A stretch of 64,000 nucleotides of DNA from the IMG/VR virus record IMGVR_UViG_3300033145_001156, positions 1-64,000 of that record; one strand, 5' to 3'. The notes under the pieces are model-generated. The model did no database searches and was not told the origin of the DNA. It saw nothing but the letters and a program-made list of their open reading frames with translations. The DNA comes from a virus. Below, piece after piece: positions 20,463-30,369 of this stretch (position 1 is its first letter; every line of letters begins with the position of its first letter). Position numbers and translations under genes: made by a program.

Positions 20463-22278
20463 AGACGGGAGGAGGAGGATGGTAACGAGGGAGCAGAACA
20501 GGCTGAACATCCTTGTGGATTTATACTTGGATGATCGGAGTATCCTGTCAGACAGGCAGAAGAACGCTGCCTGGGAGGAGATCAAGCGGCGCGATGCGCT
20601 GGGTGAGTTTTGGTCGGTCATGTTGCAGCGATGGGTGGGAGGAGATGATGCAACTACTACGGTGGAGGATACGCAGCGCGGATCCCGGCTGGCCAGAAGT
20701 GGAAGTGAGCGCGCCATCTGCTCAGGAAGCAGCAGAACAGGGCTTTGATTGGTATGAGCGCGTGGTTGTGCGCGAAGTCATGATGGATTCGCTCGGGCGC
20801 AAGAGAGGATTGGGAAAAGAAACGGAATGGCATAAGGAGGATAATCATGGCGTGGTCAGTGACGAGGCGGGCGACGGACGAGGATTACGAATTACTGGAG
20901 AAGCGGGCAGCGGCCTTCATCGGGCGACACCAGATCACGTGGCATGAAGGGGATTCGGCAGTCGGGGCAGTAGAGCTCGAGATTGAGTGGCTTCGGTTAC
21001 CCGATAGCAATGAATTCCAGCAGATGGAGGGCAAACGCCTGGAGCGTCTCTGGAAACGAATCTGCAACAGGGCGATAGGAGACGACGGGATCTGTTTCGG
21101 GAGTGTCGGGCATAGCGTGGATTAACATGTACAGCGCACGAGAGGAGCGCTATATAAGAGTTGCCCTAACGCCATGAAAAAACCAGCGGGGTGCGTAGAA
21201 AGCTGGGACGACTGGGCTTCGAGAATTCAGCGGTATCAGCGTATTTCATATGGCTGTGTCTACACGCACCGGAAAGTTGATCCTTCCCGCCAGCAGGGAT
21301 GCGGAAGTTGTCTTCAGTGACGGCCTAAATGTGGGTAGTGGGTAATGTAGAGTCCCGCGACTTCCTTCACTTGAACTAGACAAGTGCAGCATCATCCCTG
21401 CTGGCGAGAGTGATCAATAAATCAGAGGAGGAAAAAGTGATCAAGTATCATAGCCATAATGGGTTTTACAATGACGGGAATTCGTGTTACGTAACTGAGG
21501 ATCGGACACTCGATATTGAAGCTGGGACCCTGACTATTAAGTCGGTCGAGAGCTTGGGTGGGCAGCTTGCAGGTAACCACCAGTTTGCTCACAAGGAGAA
21601 TGTCACTGAGGAAATCCGGGAGGCTGTTCCGTTTTCGGTTGAGCAAGAAGATGCTGTTTGGAAGGCGCTGGAGCCGCTGGTGGAGACGGCGAGGAAGTAT
21701 CCGCATTTGGAGACGTTCCGGTTCTTCTCCGACAAGCACCGGTGGTTCGTGAAGGGTCGAATCGACAAGGCGGTCAGGCTGGCGGGGGATAGCGACTACC
21801 ACGGGGTGTATTGCTTGAAGGACGTGTTCGCGCTCCCGAAGCATGGCGTGGTATTGACGGCTTATTATGAGGACACCTATAAGCATTCGTATTGGAAGTT
21901 CAGGGTGGAATCGCTAGGAGGAGAAGGTGAAGACGCCATACATCGGGTTCAGCAATGAGACATTGGACAAGATGCCCACGGTCAAGGCGGGGACATTATC
22001 GAATGTCAGAAGTGCGGCGGTGAACATAGCGCGAAGGGCGTTGTACAAGAAGGCTGACTGGGAAAAGAAGGGTGGTTACAAGGCGTTTCATCGCAGTTTC
22101 GCAAATGCAAGCACTTTCACAACAGAATGACGTTTTCGACAGGATGCAGTTACACATCCTGAGCCTGGGGTACTACGTGGACCAAAAGGTACTGATCCTA
22201 GTACTCTTGTAGCGTAGAAACGCTACGCTTAGTGTATCCTGGGCTGAACCGCGCGCTTTGCGCGCACTACTTGGGTCG

Positions 22279-22387
22279 GTTGCAGTCTTCGAGAAGTGAA
22301 GTAGGAAACTGTAACACGAGGTGACATATGAGCAAGAAGAAATTGCGAGAGGTGGTTGCAGTCTTCGAGAAGTGAAGTAGGAATCTG
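22279..22387 (+). CRISPR. CRISPR-like mini-array: 37-nt repeat, 39-nt spacer, 3'-degenerate second repeat
   Basis: GTTGCAGTCTTCGAGAAGTGAAGTAGGAAACTGTAAC at 22279-315; first 29 nt identical at 22355-383. Confidence 0.65.
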
Positions 22388-22649
22388 CTGAACCCATCGC
22401 GACGCCAGGAAAACAAGCGGCCATGGTCGGCGAATACGTGCATGGCTACGGCGACGATTCGGCAGCAGCGGGGGCTAGTCTCCCGCTGTCCGCCGAACAT
22501 GTTCGGTGTGGTAGCGCTCACGGATCCCAGGGGTGCCTACTACCAGTTGATAGCGTGGTGGTTCTAGACAGCTGCATAGCGACTTGGGCATCGGATGGGG
22601 GATCTGACATCATGTTCGGCGGGCAGAGTGGGATTAGCAATAGAAACCC

Positions 22650-22678
22650 TTGACAATTCTGTTCTTTTGTGATATAAT
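22650..22678 (+). promoter_or_regulatory. Consensus sigma70 promoter (AACCCTTGACAA family)
   Basis: TTGACA-17-TATAAT with extended TG. Confidence 0.92.
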
Positions 22679-23798
22679 TAAGTAGAAAGGATGGGGTGAT
22701 GAGGAGCAAGATTCTGGATGAAGTTGTGGCTCACGGGGTCAACTCAGATACAGTGTGCGAGGTCGCGGGGTTGCTGGCGGTGGAGGGTACGGTGGGTGTC
22801 TTTGAGGTTGCGACGGAGATAGGAACTCGGACGGATCAGATGTACCAGCCACATCTGGGGGTAAAGAAGAGACCGACGCAGGAACTGGTCGATTGGGTGG
22901 CCGAGGTTTTGGAAAAGGAGTGGTGATATGAAGGGACAGGAGCTGTGTGACGCACACATCGCGGCAATCAGGCATGCGAGCGGTGACAGGTGTGCCGACA
23001 AAAGTGAGGTGTATCATGACAAGGGCTGGTACTATGTCAAGGTGGCACAGAAGGCCCATGACGGCAGTTGGGGCACGTGGGGAGTAGCTAGTCCTCGTCG
23101 CGCCCAAGACATCATCGCCAGGATAAGGATGTTGCGGGGGAGGGTTAGCTATGAGACGAGAAGGAGCCGCCTAGCCCATGCCCGTGAAGTTGAACTCGCG
23201 CATCACATATCCGTCGAGCGCGTCTGGCGGGAGGTGTCGGACAGCTACGAGGTCAGGATGTCCGTCCCGTCGTCGCTCATCAAGGGGATCCAGGACATGC
23301 GGGACTTCGGGGACACGGTTGATGAGGCTATCAGGGTGGCGGAGGGGATGGAGGGGGAGTGATGCTGAGGGAACGAGCACTAGAAGCGTGGATCGAAGAG
23401 GAGAGGGGCCGGAAGGATGCTCAGGAGCGCACGGACGTCGGGCTGTTCAGGAGGGCCAGGGAGCATTTCTCCAAGGCGTTCGGGGTGGAACCTGAGGTTG
23501 TCAAGCGCACCAGCCACTGGGTCGAGGTGGGGGCCGGGGGCATGGTGTTCTTCTTCAACCCGATGACGAAGACTTACTGGTTGTGGGGCGAGTGCCCGGA
23601 CTGCGGATGGCATTGCTGGTCGTCGCGCGGGTTCCAGACGCTGGGCGAGATGGGGAGGGTGATTGCCGAGTTCAAGCCTGAGGGGCACAAGTGCGGGACC
23701 CCAGAGGATGTGGAGGAGACTGCCGCTGAGACTTTGCGCAAAGCGTGGCGAGCCTTTATGATGGAGGAGTGATGAAGGAGCGAATAAGGAAATGGAAT

Positions 23799-23827
23799 TT
23801 GACAATTTCGTAGAGATGTAGTATACT
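23799..23827 (+). promoter_or_regulatory. sigma70 promoter of tnpB
   Basis: TTGACA-17-TATACT. Confidence 0.85.
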
Positions 23828-23957
23828 ATTGACACTGCGAAGAACCGATAGCGTTTCCGAGGACTTTCTTTTGGGGCTAATCCCCGAGATTAAGCGCTGG
23901 TTCTTCGCAGGAAGCAGCCTTGGGTCTCGGGGATTGTCTATTTCTGGAGATGATTGA

Positions 23958-25073
23958 ATGATCAGAGCAAGAGCATATAAGACGAAGCTGAAATTGAATA
24001 ATTGTGAGAAGACGTGGTGCAGGCGGTGTGCTGGTGCATCACGTTTTTGTTATAATTGGGGCCTGGCCCAAATGAAAGAAGCTTATGAGCAAGGAAGAGA
24101 GACGAGCGTGGGGGCTGAGAAGAAGCGCCTCAATGCCACCAAGGATGAAATCGCTCCGTGGTTGCGGGATGTACCTTATGCTGTGTTGCAGTCTGCATTT
24201 GATAACCTGTTCAAGGCATACTTGAATTTCTTTCGGAGGGTGAAGAAGAGGAAAGGCCCGGCAGGATTCCCGAAGTTCAAGTCGAGGCGTAATTCGCGGC
24301 AATCATTTACTCTACGAGGCAGTATTCAGCTCACGGAGACTGGTATCAAGTTGCCCCGTATCGGTTGGTTGCGGTTGGCAGAACATGGTTACATGCCTAC
24401 AACAAAGCGGGCGCGAATCTTGTCGGTGAACGTCTCAACCCGAGACCACGGGCTAACCTGGTATGCCAGTATCCAGGTAGAGGAAAGTGTACCTGAACCT
24501 ACCCCGGCGACTGGTGAACCACTGGGGATTGACCTGGGGATACATGCATTGGCGGTGCTGAGTGACGGTACGGTGTATGAGAACATCAAGCCATTGAGGA
24601 CGGCGCAACGAAAGGTGAAGCGGCTGTCGAAGGAATTAGCGCGTCGCACGAAGGGCGGCAAGAACTGGCTGAAAACCAAGGCCAAGTTGAACAAGGCTCA
24701 TTTGCATGCGCGGAATGTTCGGTTATCTTACCTGCACCAGATCAGCGCCGAGACAATTGCAAAGTATCCCAGAGTGATCGTGATGGAAGACCTCAATGTA
24801 GCAGGGATGGTAAAGAATCACTGTCTGGCGAGAGCGATAGCAGATTTAGGGATGTATGAGGTTAGGAGACAGATGAGCTATAAGGCTGCGTGGAATGGTT
24901 CTGAGTTCAAGTTGGCTTCCAGATGGTATCCTTCCTCGAAGGCATGTTCTGGGTGTGGGTGCATCAAGGACGGGTTGACGCTGGCCGACCGGACGTTCAC
25001 TTGCTCGGACTGTGGACTAGCGATCGATCGAGACCTAAACGCGGCCTTGAACCTGGCGGCGTTGGCACGTTAA
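23958..25073 (+). CDS. tnpB: TnpB RNA-guided endonuclease (IS200/IS605/IS607 OrfB family), solo, RuvC triad intact
   Basis: RAYKTKL, SRFCYNWGL, GFPKFK; RuvC-I GIDLG, RuvC-II VMEDL, Zn finger CSGCG/CSDCG, RuvC-III DRDLNAALNL; no tnpA nearby. Confidence 0.95.
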   Translation: MIRARAYKTKLKLNNCEKTWCRRCAGASRFCYNWGLAQMKEAYEQGRETSVGAEKKRLNATKDEIAPWLRDVPYAVLQSAFDNLFKAYLNFFRRVKKRKGPAGFPKFKSRRNSRQSFTLRGSIQLTETGIKLPRIGWLRLAEHGYMPTTKRARILSVNVSTRDHGLTWYASIQVEESVPEPTPATGEPLGIDLGIHALAVLSDGTVYENIKPLRTAQRKVKRLSKELARRTKGGKNWLKTKAKLNKAHLHARNVRLSYLHQISAETIAKYPRVIVMEDLNVAGMVKNHCLARAIADLGMYEVRRQMSYKAAWNGSEFKLASRWYPSSKACSGCGCIKDGLTLADRTFTCSDCGLAIDRDLNAALNLAALAR

Positions 25074-25183
25074 CAACCGTTGGAGGCCCCCAGAACCGGG
25101 GGTGACTGCCTGGGGAGTTGGAGTGCTGTAATGCTCTACTATGAACCAGGAAAGGCGCAGAGGAAGTCGCTCATAAGTCGCCT
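25074..25183 (+). ncRNA. Putative TnpB omegaRNA (reRNA) scaffold; boundaries uncertain
   Basis: Directly downstream of tnpB: CCCCC/GGGGG hairpin, GCCTGGGGAG...TGAACCAGGAA stem, AGGCG/CGCCT hairpin. Confidence 0.65.
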
Positions 25184-25218
25184 GGGGAATCCATGCAAGT
25201 TTATGCAGTTTGCATAGG

Positions 25219-25309
25219 GTTTCCCCCACGCACGTGTGGGGAGTTTGAACACCATCTGCTACTACGCGGTGAAGCGGAACGTTTCCCCCACGCACGTGTG
25301 GGGAGTTTG
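25219..25309 (+). CRISPR. CRISPR mini-array: two identical 29-nt type I-E-like repeats and one 33-nt spacer
   Basis: GTTTCCCCCACGCACGTGTGGGGAGTTTG at 25219-247 and 25281-309; CCCCAC/GTGGGG hairpin; spacer AACACCATCTGCTACTACGCGGTGAAGCGGAAC. Confidence 0.85.
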
Positions 25310-25971
25310 GAGCGAACGAAGTTCCGTCTGTATCGGTGGTGGGCGAAGCTAACAGGCGAACCGGTGATCATCTGTTGTCAGAAGAGACGTGCGCCCAGGT
25401 GGTGGATTGTGTTTCCGCACAGGGGGAGATGATGAGGAAGGGAAGTGAGATTGGGGCTGGATGAGGATGTTTGGTTTCGGTATCCCGCTGTTGTGCCTTG
25501 GGACGTAGAGGTTATAGAGGAGGACTTGTGATGGAGTACTGGCGCGGAGTTATGTGGTGGACAGTTTCGCCTGAGTGGGCCTGCATCATATGCGGGCACA
25601 GAGGGATGACGTGGGGGTTCGTCCGCGCGGAGTGCAGGTGCGACCTGTGCCATGCGAGGTACTTCATGCGGGACAGGGACGGGAAGATCATCAATGTCCC
25701 CATCACGCTGTTGAAGGAGGATTTCCAGGAACCGGCCAGGGAGCTGTGGGGGAAGTACCGGATACCTATTGATCAATTAACGGATGAACAGTGGGAAGAG
25801 GTGGGTATCGAGTTATAAGGGGGATGACGTGAAGAAGAAGGAGTATCAGAAGCTAGTGAAGACGTGTCAGGAGAGCAAGGGTCAGGGGACCTGTGATGGC
25901 TGTCCTGACTTCTGGGCGAAGGAGTGTGTGAAGGGGAAACATGCCATCTTGCGCTGGATAGGGGGATGGAT

Positions 25972-26316
25972 ATGAACAGGGATGAATTTCTAGCACGGGA
26001 AGTCATGCAATGGCACTGGGAGATACATGAGGCCATTCTTGGGTGGGTTGAGTATTGGGAGGGCTGGGTTGCCAGTGATGGGAAATGGAAGGCATCTAAG
26101 TGGAATCCTGGCGAGAGCTGGCCTCAGACTGGGATGGTCTTGAAGGAGATGGAGAAGGATGGTTGGGAATGCAGCATAACTACTCGTTTCGGGTTGCCCA
26201 AGTGCGTCATATTTCTCCGGCCTGCTAAGGACTGGATTTACAAGATGGCTGAACATGATGACTTGCGGGAGGCCATTGCGAACGCGGCGGCTAGGGCAAA
26301 AGGGTGGGAAGGATGA
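25972..26316 (+). CDS. Phage ABA-sandwich/BC1872-like protein; paralog of 38821 and 39185 genes
   Basis: LAREVMQW...WNP..SW...EMEKDGW...AAARA shared pattern. Confidence 0.55.
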   Translation: MNRDEFLAREVMQWHWEIHEAILGWVEYWEGWVASDGKWKASKWNPGESWPQTGMVLKEMEKDGWECSITTRFGLPKCVIFLRPAKDWIYKMAEHDDLREAIANAAARAKGWEG

Positions 26317-26924
26317 ATAACCTGTACTTAGTTGTGAGTGAGGAGTTGAGTTACGTTGCAGTCATTGACCCGGAGATCGGCGGGCCGACGGAGTGGTACC
26401 GGATAGCCGAGCTGGTGGTGGCTGGGGGCCATTCCCAGGCACGGTATCTGGCATGGCAGGCAGACAAGGATGGGTATGCGTGGACTTATGATTTCAACGA
26501 GATGCCGAAGTTTGCTGTCCGGCTGAAGGAGAAGGACGTCGAGGGGCCAGCACGGATCGCCACGGATGAGCATAGGTTCCCCGGGGACTTTGGCGAGGAC
26601 TACGAGCGGGAGTATCATGCGTTGTGGGACGTCGGGAAGGCCCCGCATATCGGTTATGGAGGGGAATGATGGTAAAGTGGTTGACGACGGTGCAGGGTGA
26701 ATGTCAGCGATTGACTGGGGTATCTGGGGAGCTGCGGTCGTTGGCGGATGCCTGCAAGGTGGTGGGATTGGGAGAGTTGAACGAGCAGTTGTTGGTATGT
26801 GCTTATGACATAGAGGGTGCGCAGTCCGAGATTCTCGGGGCTGTCGGGACCATGATATCTGATGAGCTAAGAGATAGCCAGGCAGCCATCCACGACACGT
26901 TCTTGGCCATGTTGGGGGGGCAGG

Positions 26925-27194
26925 ATGATGCGAACGATCTGGAAATATGCATTACCGTGGGCAGTGAACAAAACAGAGATGCCTTGCGGCGCAGAAATCT
27001 TACAGATACAGGCGCAAGGTAATGATATTGTCTTCTGGGCCATAGTGGACCCGAATGCTCCCATGGAAGAGAGAACATTCCATGTGATCAACACAGGACG
27101 GGCACTACCAAGAGTGGATTATGAGGATGGGATTGTGTATATGGGGACGGTGCAGATCAACGAGGTCGTGTGGCACGTGTTCGAGGAGGTGTGA
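26925..27194 (+). CDS. Conserved small phage protein
   Basis: MRTIWKY, ILQIQAQ, WAIVDP, YMGTVQ, VWHVFE. Confidence 0.65.
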   Translation: MMRTIWKYALPWAVNKTEMPCGAEILQIQAQGNDIVFWAIVDPNAPMEERTFHVINTGRALPRVDYEDGIVYMGTVQINEVVWHVFEEV

Positions 27195-27583
27195 TGAGCA
27201 CGAAGAGATGGGGGAAGTTGAGGAGGGAGCTCCTGTTGCAGTTGCATTCCCGTCGTTCGCATACTGTTACTGAGCTAGCTAAGCGGACGGGGCGGCACAG
27301 ATCATCGGTTAGCAGGACGTTGGCAGTGATGAAAAACGATGGTCTAGTTGCGAGGCATCTTGGCTATCTGGTGCTCACCGTTGACGGGGATTTTGCTGCT
27401 TTTGAGGTAGATGAGCAGATCCGGCGAGAGATCAATGAGGCGAAGCGGTATATCGGCGACCTTGAGGCTGTGCTGATGAGGCGCGATGGGTGTCGGAGGG
27501 GAAGGTGGGAGGATGATCTTCCTTCTATCGGCGTATTTGATGCGATGGCGAAGGAGGTTATGGGGCATGATAAAGCTGAGTGA
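27194..27583 (+). CDS. MarR/ArsR-type winged-HTH protein
   Basis: TVTELAKRTGRHRSSVSRTLAVMKNDGLV. Confidence 0.75.
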   Translation: MSTKRWGKLRRELLLQLHSRRSHTVTELAKRTGRHRSSVSRTLAVMKNDGLVARHLGYLVLTVDGDFAAFEVDEQIRREINEAKRYIGDLEAVLMRRDGCRRGRWEDDLPSIGVFDAMAKEVMGHDKAE

Positions 27584-28086
27584 GTTGAGGGAGTCCGACA
27601 GGGGCAGGATGGTCATCTACAGATCGCAGGGTGGGGACAAGGTGGAACGGGGTAGGATATCCAGTTGGAACGAGTGCTGGATGTTCGTGGAATATGACGG
27701 CCCCTACCGTGGTGCAGCGATGTACACGGCCCCGACGAGACCGGAAGATCTGGAGTGGCTAGAGGACTTTGTGCAAAGTGAGGAGGGGGAATGACGTGGC
27801 CGAATCCCGAGTTTGAAATGAGTAGTGAAGATTGGCCCGAAGTGTGGTTTGGGCCAGTGAAGAAGGAGGAAGGGGCAATGGAGTTTGAAATCAGGTGCGC
27901 GAGCGGGAAGCTGCCGCCCGAGTCTCCGTGGACGATGAAGAAGAGCAGCAACGGTTACATAATCACTCTTTCGACCTTTGCTGATTTGGCCGAATATGTC
28001 AAGCGGTACGGTGTGGTTATCGTCAGCGAGTGTTGGTGGAATCCAGATGTGGCCATGTTGATCACGCTTTATGATTCGGCGATAGA

Positions 28087-28635
28087 ATGACTGTCTACGT
28101 CACTGGGGATTGCCACTTAGGGCATACTGCAATCATCAAGTATACTGGAAGACCTTTCCTCACCATCAAGGAGCACGACGAGGCACTGATAGGGGAAAGG
28201 AACCGGATCGTGGGGCCGGAGGATACAGTGTACGACCTGGGGGATGTCACTCTCGGGGATGAGCAGGTGGCGCGGCGCTACTTCGCCAGGATGAATGGGA
28301 AGCTGTTCGTGCTGGGGAATACGTTCCATCATGACAGGCGATGGCTGTCTGGCGGACTGTACTGGACGAAGCACTATGAGGTCGTCATCTTGCCGCCCAT
28401 CCACACGATGAAGATTGATGACCTGTTCATCGTGCTCTGCCACTTCCCGTTCGCGGTGTGGGACAGGAAGCACTATAACAGCCTGCATCTCCATGCCCAT
28501 TGCCACAATAAGTATAAGCCTGAGCAGGGATTGATTTTGGATGTGGGGGTAGATAGCATTTTTAAGTTGCTGGGACAGTATAGACCGATTTCGTTGGATG
28601 AGATTGTGGAATACATGAAATCCAGGGAGGAATGA
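28087..28635 (+). CDS. Calcineurin-like phosphoesterase
   Basis: GDCHLGH, DLGD, LGN, LCHFP, LHAHCH, DVGVD. Confidence 0.88.
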   Translation: MTVYVTGDCHLGHTAIIKYTGRPFLTIKEHDEALIGERNRIVGPEDTVYDLGDVTLGDEQVARRYFARMNGKLFVLGNTFHHDRRWLSGGLYWTKHYEVVILPPIHTMKIDDLFIVLCHFPFAVWDRKHYNSLHLHAHCHNKYKPEQGLILDVGVDSIFKLLGQYRPISLDEIVEYMKSREE

Positions 28636-29069
28636 ATGATGGATAATCAAATGATGGGGACTCTTGCGGCAGCTTATACGTTGTTGCTTTCTACCAAAAT
28701 TGTCGACCATATTCCCCCTCGCGGGCAGGAGATTTTGGATCGCCTACGAGACTGCATTGCTGAGGCCTGTGTAGCAGATGCGGAGGAAGTGCGAGTTCGA
28801 TATGAGACCTTGGCTGGTACGATACGATATGCGGCCCCAGAAGTCATCGATGAGATTTTGGGAAGTCTGCTGAGAGGAGATCGGTGAGGGATGGATGAGA
28901 GGTACTGTGGCGAATGCGCGCTTTTCCGACTGAGCGCTTGGCAACTCCTGCCCGTTCAGGCGCAGAAGCTGCTCCAGGGGTGGGGCAAGTGCGAGTCCAC
29001 TGGTAGGGTGACTCACGAGAGCATGTTGTGCATTGACTGCGGGGACTACTCGGAAGACGAGGAGGGGGA

Positions 29070-29516
29070 ATGAGCGGCTACTTCGAGGTAGGCATCTTCC
29101 ATGGTAAGTGCAGGCATAATATTGGCACGCTGTGGAGAAGTGCCTACACGTTCGGCGCAGCAGGGATATTCACCATTGGGCGCAGGTACAAGAGGCAGTG
29201 CAGCGATACCTTGAAGACGTGGCGACAGGTTCCGCTGCGGCACTATCTCACATACGAAGATTTCTCGAAAAACCTTCCCTATGGAGCGCAGTTGGTCTGC
29301 GTGGAGTTGGCAGATGGGGCAGATGAGCTGTCGGAGTTTACTCATCCGAAGATGGCCGTCTATCTGCTGGGAGCTGAAGACCACGGGTTGCCAGACGAGA
29401 TTCTTGGGAGGTGTTGGAAAGTGGTGATCCCAACGCCTCGCCCGTTCTGTCTCAACGTCGCCACTGCGGGGTCGATCGTGCTGTATGACAGGTATGTGAA
29501 AGGATTGGGGAGATGA
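29070..29516 (+). CDS. SPOUT (SpoU/TrmH family) RNA methyltransferase
   Basis: NIGTLWRSA, LLGAEDHGL, CLNVATAGSIVLY. Confidence 0.9.
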   Translation: MSGYFEVGIFHGKCRHNIGTLWRSAYTFGAAGIFTIGRRYKRQCSDTLKTWRQVPLRHYLTYEDFSKNLPYGAQLVCVELADGADELSEFTHPKMAVYLLGAEDHGLPDEILGRCWKVVIPTPRPFCLNVATAGSIVLYDRYVKGLGR

Positions 29517-30127
29517 CGATTGAAATAGTGTTTCCAGCGGGGGCGTTCGGGCCATCTGAGTACGACACCGAGCTGGACGCGGCGCTCAGGGAGATAGCGG
29601 TGGCGTTCAGGTATGAGGGTGAGTGGGCCGAGAAGTACGGGACGAACTATGAGGGCAAGAAGTTCAGCATGTTCCGGTACTGGTGGGGAGCGTGCGAGTG
29701 CGGGTTCGCGGATGAGGATAACGAGTGGTGGCGGACACACAGTCATGACGAGAGCTGTTTCTATTGGAAGGCGCATGAGTTTGATGAAGAATGGGGCAAT
29801 GCTCGATGGATTGATGATCCGAGGCACGGGAAGTATGAGGTCGCAAGGGACGAGCTCCTGACTGAACACGGTGTGGAGTTGCTCGGTTGGGTGGCACACT
29901 GCTCCTGCGGATTGAGGGATGAATACCATGAGTGGCGCAAGGCGCACAACTGCCATCCCGACTGCCCGGCGGTGAGGCCCAACTTCCATTGGCACGGGGA
30001 TGATGAGGTTGCGGAGTTGCGAGTTGACTGGTATAAATTTTTAGGCCGGGGTGTTGAGGTGAGTCGGGAGGTGACATCTGAAGAGTTGCGGCACATATTA
30101 TCGGAATGTTTGAAGGAGGCGCGATGA
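29513..30127 (+). CDS. Hypothetical Cys/His-rich phage protein
   Basis: ORF track; coupled to neighbours. Confidence 0.65.
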   Translation: MTIEIVFPAGAFGPSEYDTELDAALREIAVAFRYEGEWAEKYGTNYEGKKFSMFRYWWGACECGFADEDNEWWRTHSHDESCFYWKAHEFDEEWGNARWIDDPRHGKYEVARDELLTEHGVELLGWVAHCSCGLRDEYHEWRKAHNCHPDCPAVRPNFHWHGDDEVAELRVDWYKFLGRGVEVSREVTSEELRHILSECLKEAR

Positions 30128-30369
30128 GTTTGAGGATTGCTGTCTGCGTGGGGTTGAGGGTCGTTGCTCAGGTGATGATGTTCGCCGGGATCGGCGAGGA
30201 GAAGTCGTCGTTCGTGAGGGGACTGAAGATGTGGTGGGTGACGATGTGGGTGGTATTGACGGTGGTATATTTCGTGTTGTATGCCTTGGGCCTGGGCGGG
30301 GATGATGTGGCCTGGTGGTTGTCTATGGGATACCTGGGATAGGACTTTGCGCAAAGCGCAGGGAGGGGA

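Noticed and set aside
23830-25200. Complete IS200/IS605 or IS607 element
   Set aside because: No tnpA or serine recombinase and no recognisable left end; treated as solo tnpB
25193-25432. ORF spanning the mini-array
   Set aside because: Its repeated peptide simply reflects the DNA repeats; no convincing RBS
26857-27495. Other CTGATGAG strings as hammerheads
   Set aside because: Inside CDSs, with no GAAA core partner or stems
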